From: Cyanobacteria bacterium auto_48_18
GTDB taxonomy: Bacteria; Cyanobacteriota; Vampirovibrionia; Obscuribacterales; Obscuribacteraceae
Assembly: GCA_036170915.1 (NCBI GenBank)
Contig: JAVHQC010000033.1
Span: forward strand, 128,001 to 192,000
DNA length: 64,000 bases
Reading direction: 5' to 3'
In this document: in pieces, positions 57,301 through 64,000 of the stretch
How the letters are laid out: the number at the start of each line of letters is the position of its first letter
Position numbering within the stretch: the stretch's first letter is position 1
Notes under the pieces: model-generated
What the model saw: the letters and a program-made list of their open reading frames with translations, nothing else
The model's database searches: none
What the model was told of the DNA's origin: nothing
Position numbers and translations under genes: made by a program

Positions 57301-60300
57301 TACTGGTAAACCTGGTAGTGTCGTTCCTCCAGTTGGCGCAGCAGCCAATTTACAGACTAACACCCCTGCTTCAACAACTGGTGTTAACGCCGCAGGCGCT
57401 CCTGTGGTCAATGCCACCACTGAGACAGTTGAAGAAGGGCAGCAAGCTGCAAGCGTGCTTGGAGCCGAAACCAATAAATTGGGCACCACAACTCCTGGCG
57501 TCAATAGTGCCAATCCAGCAGCTACTCTGGCTACAGCAGCCACAGTGATGGCAGGTTCTGCAGCGCTTAAAAATGCTGCCACCTCACCTCAACAAAAAGT
57601 TGAGACCAACACGACGGCCAAAGTTGTAGGCACCGGTACTGGCACTGGCAGTGTCGTCCCACCAGTGGGCGGAAACCCACTACAGACTAATGCCAACCCT
57701 GTTAATGGAATCAACAACCCTGCAGGCACTCCTGTGGTCAGTACCAATACTGAAACACTTGAAGAAGGGCAGCAAGCTGCAAACGTGCTTGGAGCCGAAA
57801 CCAATAAATTGGGCACCACAACTCCTGGCGTCAATAGTGCCAATCCAGCAGCTACTCTGGCTACAGCAGCCACAGTGATGGCAGGTTCTGCAGCGCTTAA
57901 AAATGCTGCCACCTCACCTCAACAAAAAGTTGAGACCAACACCACAGCTAAAGTTGTCGGCACGGGTACCGGAGCCGGCAGTGTGGTCCCACCAATGGGC
58001 GGGAATCCACTACAGACTAATGTCAACCCAGTTACTGGAGTCAACAATGCAGGCGCTCCGGTAGTCACCAATACCGAATTAGTTGAAGAAGGTCTTGAAG
58101 CAGCCGGAGCGTTGGGCGCAGCCAATGTCGTTCGGGCCACAGGGGCCACCACTATGCCTGGTGCTAACAAATTAGACAATGCCACCGGCACTACCACCAC
58201 TACATCTGCCACCGGCAAGATAGTGCCGCCGACGAACCAAACAGCTAATCCAACTGTGACTACTCAGGTCACCGGTGCTAAGGGGGCAGGTATTGTGCCT
58301 CCCGTAGCTACACCTACTCAGTTTGCCAATACCACTGGTGGTACCGGCGGCGCACCACCTACGGCTGGAACTGCAACTAAATTTATGGATGGCGGTGACG
58401 GCGGCGACGGTGGAGATGATGGTAGCGGCGGTGCTGGTGGTGGTGGTGGTGGTATGCCACCAGGTGGACCTGCAGCTCAACCTACTCAGCCTAGCGGCGG
58501 CCAGAAAGCTTCGATGTTTGATGGTTATATGCAAGCCGGTTACAGACACGTGCCTTACAGAGTCGCCGCAGCAGCCATCAGATTGGCTCAAGGCGCCACT
58601 CTGGGTGTGTCACGCAGTGGTAAGCCAGAAAACATCTACGATAATCAAGGCCACATGATGCACGTCCGCTTTGGCGAAGGCGCGTCTGATGAGCAAAAAG
58701 GTATGCAAATCATGGCCGGCGCTTACGGCGAGTTGATGAGCACCGATGCCGAAGCTTATGACGCAGCCAGACAGTCATCTATTGATGCCGGCGAGCATAA
58801 ACCGCAATCAATGGCTGAAAGAGCCGCTGCTGGTATTTTGGCTTATAACGGCAGTTCATGGAGTCAAACTGCTGCCGCCAAACAAAGATTTGCCCGCTCT
58901 ATGTCTAAGCATGCGGCACTTGGTGCTCAGTCTTACATTAATGGTGAAGAAGGCAACGCTTACACCGAGCACCTGGTCAACAGATACGGACCAATGAGTG
59001 AAGACCAGCAAGCTTGGGCTGCTCACATTATGACCAGCACCGATTCGCCAGAATCTGGATGGAGCTGGAGAATGGGCCCTGCCACTGATGCTCTCATCCA
59101 GAGTGGTTTGCCAATCAGCCCTGTCAACAGAGCCGTGGCTGCCAACCAGAGCGTGCTCAAAGCACAGCCATGGTTGCGTGGAGCTGCCATTCGTGGTGGT
59201 GGCGAGTATATGCAGGCTCGTGCGAAGGCTGAAATTCCTGAAGGTACAAGTGGACTGGTGCAAGATGCCTGGTACGGCAACCGTGCACAATCTATGCCTG
59301 CTGAAGTTGTGAATACACTTGGTGCATTGACCCTGGCTGGAATCATGGATGAGGATGGCCATTCCGTATGCCGCGACTTCGCCACAGTAGACCAAGTAGC
59401 TGCCATGGTCGGCCCTGGTGCTAGACCTGAAGATTATGTAGGCGCTTACAACACCCTGCACGGCGGCAGCAAAGTCATGGCCAACTTCGTCCCTAGCGGG
59501 GGCGGTGGTGGTGGTGGCGGCGGTGGTGGCCATGTCAATTTGGGCAGCGCTCACATGGGTGGCGGATCACCTCCTCCGTCTGGTGGTGGTGGTATGACCC
59601 TCGGTGGTGTCACTGTATCTGGTGGCGGCGGTGGTGGTGGCGGCGGCGGCACAGCCGACGTTGATCTCTTCCTCGACGGCCCTTCTGCAGGCGCATCGAA
59701 CATCAACCCTAACGCTATTCCTCTACCTAATAACTTGCCTAACTTGCAAGGCGGTGGGCCAACTGTGGTCAACTCCCGCTTGCAACCTCCAAGCAATCAA
59801 GGCGGCGGCGGCAACGTCAATCTTGGCTCAGTTAAACTGCCTGGTGGTAATGTCGGATCTTCCACCGGTCAGATTCAAATCGGCCGCGTCGATGGTGGCA
59901 ACAGTGGTGGCAGCGGTAGTTTGCCCAGCGAAAATGTTTCCATGGACGTCGAGCAGTCTGTATCTGGTCAGGTTGTAGATTATGGCGGCGCTCAACAGCA
60001 AGCCATATCCAGTGCCGTCAGTCAATTTGGCGGTTCGCAAAATCTGGTCAAGCAAGTGGTGGCAGATTTGAGAGCCAGTGGGATGGATTGGAAACAAATT
60101 TACGATCCCACTAAGAGTGATTCGGATCCTGGTAAATATCAGTTGCTCGAAACCGCTGTTCAAGCCTACTCACAAAATCCGGAATCTATGCCGGCTGTGG
60201 CAGTGGCTGCTCAAGCTGTGGGTGCCTCTAATGTTTCCATGGGTGATGTGCAAATTGTTCAATCAATGTTTGACGCTGATCCTAAGTGGCAGTCCAATAA

Positions 60301-60568
60301 CATTGATTACGGCGCGGTCTATACTGCCAGAGCGATTGTTGACGCTCACAGTACCGATCCGCAAACATACGGAACGCCTTATCTGAGCAAAGATTATGTC
60401 GATTCCGTACGCCAGGATCCTCGCTTCGTGCCAAGACCGGTGCCTGTTCGCGACCAGTCTGGGTCCGTAGCCAGATATGATCAATCGCCTGTGCCGAAAG
60501 ATCGCCTGGTCAAGCGTATGATGGAACGGATGTTGGGCCAGGATGGCTACAACAACGGTAATGGTTGA
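54377..60568 (+). CDS. Giant VirB6/TrbL-like polytopic membrane protein with low-complexity repeat tail (2063 aa)
   Basis: Signal-like N-terminus; TM block with YMFAPLFLVFFALPDTENV...VPSFL TrbL/VirB6-like pattern; position between pilins and VirB4. Confidence 0.72.
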   Translation: MDNGNSQASFKRRFHKQLLALVALLMLLAPFAFAVPVVLAQTMVPSPNDDFLPTDGGSTSPGASATQPTAENIYDAPGQTTLVQQQAEQNTEAVAQNVEQQLWPDFGAYNETYQGLSAFWGDDIISNFFANIGQLIGKWLSEFINGWVADAVQFLTGFLRIFVLNPNIAVNGLSTTPGQPGAAIDDISPYVRQGADIMYGIAIDLLLLLFILCIWKYWAEAAWRGGGNMMGAVGRLIFTSGLLLAWPTIYAFEIQITNEMIKALYFNSADQVAMLDAAMAAAVKGGLVAGAGLLANATAPIAGQVLGGVLGGGAGGIVLGTVGSLVAFVGLIIYLVLGGILIAQLIYILVLKAIQTALLTAQYMFAPLFLVFFALPDTENVCSGFVRSFVEVSLWTFVWVGMLKIMVIVVLSDFNPWGKIVMAVGVLQLMIQVPSFLARAQISPMSDFISAGLVTGGLLSGGKALSGMLADRGKHFANAVGNFGYAGAKGAPKSQSVELNGLANDVANPGLLKDIRGAAATGQVPGKDGKKPPPGAGGLGADGKPIKPPEGPKGPKDGKGGAGIGPDGKPIAPAANPLGAKGAKGEGEQGTSANVVPPGTKPITPANPGDKSAAEALANAGKNGATVAAVAGVVGAGMAAAGANGALSEANKAAGTGDQTGKDLSAQQLAEAAKATGNLVNAAGNLTDGKGKELLDSKGQPIKATVPPAAGDKGKAGEVLKDQATVSAKLADGKDAAGKVNGPEATAKGKDLATGIKPGDLPKAGGVGTNTDGASLKTAGDEVEVTGQNEDGTKAVASAVVPGMKVANATTTGAPNANLNPDGSTKTTVDGGKPGGTGAKLETVKGETNVVPKPGVNPVATGNGNKPVVPPINSSQLATATSAIATGKGIDPTTAIVTGDETLNPADPGAPVVADAKEGTFNNKQGTNNAATAATALATAATVVAGSAALKNAATSPQGKVETNVTGKVTGDGSTTGKPGSVVPPVGAAANLQTNTPASTTGVNAAGAPVVNATTETVEEGQQAASVLGAETNKLGTTTPGVNSANPAATLATAATVMAGSAALKNAATSPQQKVETNTTAKVVGTGTGTGSVVPPVGGNPLQTNANPVNGINNPAGTPVVSTNTETLEEGQQAANVLGAETNKLGTTTPGVNSANPAATLATAATVMAGSAALKNAATSPQQKVETNTTAKVVGTGTGAGSVVPPMGGNPLQTNVNPVTGVNNAGAPVVTNTELVEEGLEAAGALGAANVVRATGATTMPGANKLDNATGTTTTTSATGKIVPPTNQTANPTVTTQVTGAKGAGIVPPVATPTQFANTTGGTGGAPPTAGTATKFMDGGDGGDGGDDGSGGAGGGGGGMPPGGPAAQPTQPSGGQKASMFDGYMQAGYRHVPYRVAAAAIRLAQGATLGVSRSGKPENIYDNQGHMMHVRFGEGASDEQKGMQIMAGAYGELMSTDAEAYDAARQSSIDAGEHKPQSMAERAAAGILAYNGSSWSQTAAAKQRFARSMSKHAALGAQSYINGEEGNAYTEHLVNRYGPMSEDQQAWAAHIMTSTDSPESGWSWRMGPATDALIQSGLPISPVNRAVAANQSVLKAQPWLRGAAIRGGGEYMQARAKAEIPEGTSGLVQDAWYGNRAQSMPAEVVNTLGALTLAGIMDEDGHSVCRDFATVDQVAAMVGPGARPEDYVGAYNTLHGGSKVMANFVPSGGGGGGGGGGGHVNLGSAHMGGGSPPPSGGGGMTLGGVTVSGGGGGGGGGGTADVDLFLDGPSAGASNINPNAIPLPNNLPNLQGGGPTVVNSRLQPPSNQGGGGNVNLGSVKLPGGNVGSSTGQIQIGRVDGGNSGGSGSLPSENVSMDVEQSVSGQVVDYGGAQQQAISSAVSQFGGSQNLVKQVVADLRASGMDWKQIYDPTKSDSDPGKYQLLETAVQAYSQNPESMPAVAVAAQAVGASNVSMGDVQIVQSMFDADPKWQSNNIDYGAVYTARAIVDAHSTDPQTYGTPYLSKDYVDSVRQDPRFVPRPVPVRDQSGSVARYDQSPVPKDRLVKRMMERMLGQDGYNNGNG
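57180..58090 (+). repeat. Intragenic ~330-bp (110-aa) repeat, about three units
   Basis: 57431-57612 and 57761-57942 match with one visible mismatch; ATAATVxAGSAALKNAATSPQ occurs three times. Confidence 0.9.
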
Positions 60569-60620
60569 TAATTCAATCGTTACCAATGCTAGCGGCTGAT
60601 AAAACAGCAAAGTCAAAGCC

Positions 60621-61295
60621 ATGAAGTTCTTTAAACTGCGCCATCTGACAGTGGTCTGTCCTGAATGTCAAACAATTTTCGCCACTTATGAAGTGGCAAG
60701 AATGCCTGCCATCGACCCCACTACTCCCGTTGAGAGCGACTTGCATCGCATTTTACCTGATGCCGAATTACGCTCAAGTTTGCTTGCCATGTGTCCTAAT
60801 TGCATCTACACCTGGTGGTTGTCATCGTTTAAGGAGCATTTTTATCTGCCGCAAGTGGTGCCTGACAGCCCGCCTACAGAACCGGCAAAAAAGTTCGCCC
60901 ATGCCGTGGCTTCGGGTCGTAAACATAATGTGCACGCCCTAGATAAAGCAGTGCTCGCTTTAAATGGTTACTGGTGTGCCAAAGAACAAGGGGTGGACGG
61001 CAGCAGATTTCTTGCCCTGGCCAAGTCAGAGCTGCAAACGGCCTTAAACGATGACAGCTGGGCCGGCAACCGTAGTCGCTACAACTATGTTATGGGCGAG
61101 ATTGCGAGACTTACCGGTGACTTTGCTCTAGCGGTTAATCATTTTGAGAAGGTCGATAAAACTGCGGGTCTTCCCACTGAGCTGGTTTCTAAGATGCAGG
61201 AGTTCGCAGTTTCTGGGAATAAAAGCAGTGTAAGGCTTCCACCACATATCGTAGGTATGATTTTTGTTCCTGGCCACCGTGGGGCCGTCAGTTGA
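60621..61295 (+). CDS. DUF2225-like zinc-finger/helical protein
   Basis: CPECQTIF...ESDLH...MCPNCIY; C-terminal YVMGEIARLTGDF..A..HF TPR-like. Confidence 0.65.
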   Translation: MKFFKLRHLTVVCPECQTIFATYEVARMPAIDPTTPVESDLHRILPDAELRSSLLAMCPNCIYTWWLSSFKEHFYLPQVVPDSPPTEPAKKFAHAVASGRKHNVHALDKAVLALNGYWCAKEQGVDGSRFLALAKSELQTALNDDSWAGNRSRYNYVMGEIARLTGDFALAVNHFEKVDKTAGLPTELVSKMQEFAVSGNKSSVRLPPHIVGMIFVPGHRGAVS

Positions 61296-61331
61296 CCGTT
61301 TAAAAGCCAAGTTTTTAAGTAGAATGAAATT

Positions 61332-61670
61332 ATGGATGACATTACACCTCTAAACTTAGAAGACGCTCCCAAGTTATTTGGTATGCGTTTTGATCAGCTG
61401 TTCGCGATTCTTGCCAGCTTGATTGTTTCCACGCAGCTTTATTCGTGGATGAATCCGCTCATGTTCAATGGGCAAGATCTCAGGCTCTATATATGTCTGT
61501 TTTTCGGCATCCTTGGCCCTTTCTACTGTTTGGTTACTCTCAACCATTCAGCATCCTACTGGGAGACTTTGCTCAATTTTTATACCGGCTCACAAGTGCT
61601 GATTCCTGGGCCTGATCCAAATCCTGTCAGGTTTTTGACTGACGAAAAACTGCCGGAATTTATTGATTAA
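61332..61670 (+). CDS. PrgI/VirB3-like small membrane protein
   Basis: PLNLEDAPKLFGMRFDQ motif, two TMs, directly upstream of VirB4-like gene. Confidence 0.65.
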   Translation: MDDITPLNLEDAPKLFGMRFDQLFAILASLIVSTQLYSWMNPLMFNGQDLRLYICLFFGILGPFYCLVTLNHSASYWETLLNFYTGSQVLIPGPDPNPVRFLTDEKLPEFID

Positions 61671-61688
61671 AGGAGTTCTGCTTACTTA

Positions 61689-64000
61689 ATGGTCACATCC
61701 ATAAATCGGTCTTACTCTAAAGAAAATAGTTTGCTTGGTTTTTTCAAACGAGGCAAAGATAAAGAGGCGCCGGTTTCTGCTGAAATTTTAGGCAAGATTC
61801 CTGGCCATGCTGTACCGAGACCCCATACATCAGCCGCCAGCATTTTGCCATTGTGGGATTTATTCCATGATGACGCTTCCGGACAGGGCATTCTTTGTTT
61901 GAAGGACGGTACTTATCGATGCGTCTTTGAGCTTGATGGTGTGCACGTCTCAGGTTTTGACGAGATGCGTCTGGTTTCTTTGATGAATCACTTTACTGGT
62001 TTTCTCAATGGTATCGACACTTCGGCGCAGTTAACGGTTGTCTGTCATAACATTTCTAAGCGCGAATATTTTCAAAGGCATCCAGTCGAAGTTAATGAAG
62101 ATCCGTTCTTGCGATATGTGGCCAAAGTAGTAGAGAACGACCAGGCGTCGCTCTTGTCGCGCAACTTTGTGCCTGAGCTCAAGTTCTATGTCACTTTCTG
62201 CTATCGGCCTCCTAAAGAAAAACCACCGAAGCAGACAATGATTGATGCCGCTGTCAATTCAGTGATGAATGCACTGACAAGTCAGGCTGCCAGACAAACT
62301 GTGGGAAGCCATTTTAAGAATGTCACCACATTAGTGCAGCGGGCCAATGGTTATGTCAGCCAGCTTGGTGCCTGTGGTATGGCCGGCCGGCCAGTGTCTG
62401 CCCTGGAATATTTTCGCATGATTTATCGCGAGCTTAATCCTAAGCAAGCGGAGCAATCAGAAGACACCTTGCCAGTGCCGGTGCGCCCCCAGACTCAACC
62501 TGTGCCGCCAATGATCAGACGCGTCTTTCCTGATATGGAACCAGCCACGGTGCGTCAACAATTAGTCGAATCTTGTTATGACTTCAGTTCGCCTGACTTC
62601 GTCAAGATTTCAGATATGACTGATTATATTGAAGCCACCGACCCTGGTGCCGATTTAACTAACCCTGAAGTAGCGGGGCGCTATGTGCGCACCCTTTATA
62701 TGAACCGGCTGCCAGAGCGCACCGGGCCGCTCTGGTTGCAACCCTTGCTGCGCCTTAACTGCGAGTGGCGTCTCAATATTTATGCGCATAAATTAGACAA
62801 AGAACTCTTCCGTAAGAGCTTGCAGAAAAAACAAGCGCAAGCATCAGCCAACACTTATCAGGGCATCATGGGTCAGCGCTCAGCCCCTAACCAGGAAGAA
62901 GCGGAAAAGGCACAGGAAGCCGCTACCATTGGTTCAGAGTTGTACACCACCAACATGGAAGTGTTCAATTACGCCATTTATTTCACTCTCTTTGCCGACA
63001 GCTTAGAAGAGCTAAATCGCTCTACCGAATTTGTACGATCAGCTGCTTCGCAGTGTCGTGGTGCCAGATTTATCATTGGTCACCATGAACAAAGATCACT
63101 ATTTATCGGCAGTCTGCCTGGCTTAGGTGTTGATGTTGCTCGTCGCGGTAAAGCCGTGCGCACACCCACAGTGCGAAATTCATTCCCCTTCGTTCATGCT
63201 AAGTTAGGCTCTGAATACGGTGACTGGTTAGGATTTTCCAAAGAAACTCTAGAGCCGGTCTTCCTTAATCCATATGATGAAAAATTACCAAACGCCCTCT
63301 GCATCGTCTTCGGTCAGCCGGGTGAAGGTAAATCTATGGTGGCGCAACAAATTATTCAGATGAAAACTTTGTCTGGAGCTAAGACGGTAATCATCGATAG
63401 ATCAGGCTCATATCGCATGTTGACTGAAGTCTATGACGACTGCGCCTATATCAAACTCGGCCCTGACGGCCAGGTTTGCATCAATCTATACGACTTGCCA
63501 TATCAGGGCCCCGATGGCAAAGCTGTAGATCCGGCCAGCCCACCTGAATCACACATTATCAAAATTTTGAATTTCCATTCAGTCATGCTTGGCGAACGTG
63601 GTGAGCAAGCGCTCAACAAAGATGAAAAGCCAATATTGATGCAAGGCATTCAGGCTATTTATAAAAGTTGCGCTGAGGCCGGACGCATTCCAATTGAATC
63701 TGACCTGGTGGCCTGGCTCACCGACGAATCAACTAAGCATGGCAAAACCAAGCGTGGTGATACTTGCGAAGATTTGTCCAACCGCCTCAGTCTTTACTGC
63801 AAGGGTGCTATTTTCGGTAAGCTTTTTGATGGGCCTACATCCATTCCCCTTGATACGCAGCTGATGGTTTTTGACACCTCAGATTTGGCTCACGACAAAA
63901 CTTTAGAAGCCGTTGTCACTTTGTTCGTCTCTGACTATGTATTGCGTAGAGCGGCTCAGCATAAAGCTGAACAAGTTGCTCTGGGTAAACCATCGCGCTT
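61689..64000 (+). CDS. VirB4-like type IV secretion ATPase (3'-truncated; not in ORF track)
   Basis: AAGGAG upstream; hand translation gives GILCLKDGTYRCVFELDG, in-frame Walker A GQPGEGKS at 63312-63335, VIIDRSGSY, INLYDL, FGKLFDGPT. Confidence 0.88.
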   Translation, partial: MVTSINRSYSKENSLLGFFKRGKDKEAPVSAEILGKIPGHAVPRPHTSAASILPLWDLFHDDASGQGILCLKDGTYRCVFELDGVHVSGFDEMRLVSLMNHFTGFLNGIDTSAQLTVVCHNISKREYFQRHPVEVNEDPFLRYVAKVVENDQASLLSRNFVPELKFYVTFCYRPPKEKPPKQTMIDAAVNSVMNALTSQAARQTVGSHFKNVTTLVQRANGYVSQLGACGMAGRPVSALEYFRMIYRELNPKQAEQSEDTLPVPVRPQTQPVPPMIRRVFPDMEPATVRQQLVESCYDFSSPDFVKISDMTDYIEATDPGADLTNPEVAGRYVRTLYMNRLPERTGPLWLQPLLRLNCEWRLNIYAHKLDKELFRKSLQKKQAQASANTYQGIMGQRSAPNQEEAEKAQEAATIGSELYTTNMEVFNYAIYFTLFADSLEELNRSTEFVRSAASQCRGARFIIGHHEQRSLFIGSLPGLGVDVARRGKAVRTPTVRNSFPFVHAKLGSEYGDWLGFSKETLEPVFLNPYDEKLPNALCIVFGQPGEGKSMVAQQIIQMKTLSGAKTVIIDRSGSYRMLTEVYDDCAYIKLGPDGQVCINLYDLPYQGPDGKAVDPASPPESHIIKILNFHSVMLGERGEQALNKDEKPILMQGIQAIYKSCAEAGRIPIESDLVAWLTDESTKHGKTKRGDTCEDLSNRLSLYCKGAIFGKLFDGPTSIPLDTQLMVFDTSDLAHDKTLEAVVTLFVSDYVLRRAAQHKAEQVALGKPSR

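Noticed and set aside
55907..60622. Many antisense and alternate-frame ORFs inside the VirB6-like gene
   Set aside because: Shadow ORFs expected from Gly/Ala/Thr codon bias and repeats.

Overview
Chromosomal window from a bacterium that looks like a non-photosynthetic cyanobacterial relative (Vampirovibrionia/Melainabacteria, Obscuribacterales-like). This placement is an inference from gene content and style, not a search result. The left half mixes housekeeping genes (mnmA, hpf, lgt, radA, uvrC, rarA) with TPR proteins, an amidase, an SPFH/DUF4178/DUF350/spermidine-synthase-like operon and several tandem paralog sets. Two loci stand out. (1) A 12-gene tRNA array at 36.1-37.6 kb is built as two modules. 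Each module has its own promoter, a roughly 105-110 nt hairpin ending at an ATG, and a reading frame carrying the identical 13-mer CGTCTACCAGAGC (R-L-P-E) that runs into the tRNAs. Many of the tRNAs are non-canonical. (2) A type IV secretion-like locus starts at about 49.7 kb and runs off the window end. It has four VirB2/TrbC-like pilin genes with identical mature proteins, two short Cys-rich paralogs of the VirB6 N-terminus, a 2063-aa VirB6-like protein with a repeat tail, a DUF2225-like gene, a PrgI/VirB3-like gene and a VirB4-like ATPase. A cluster of secreted low-complexity proteins lies just upstream. No CRISPR array, rRNA, integrase, transposase or relaxase is visible. All family names are recognised by eye from motifs and need HMM/covariance-model confirmation.
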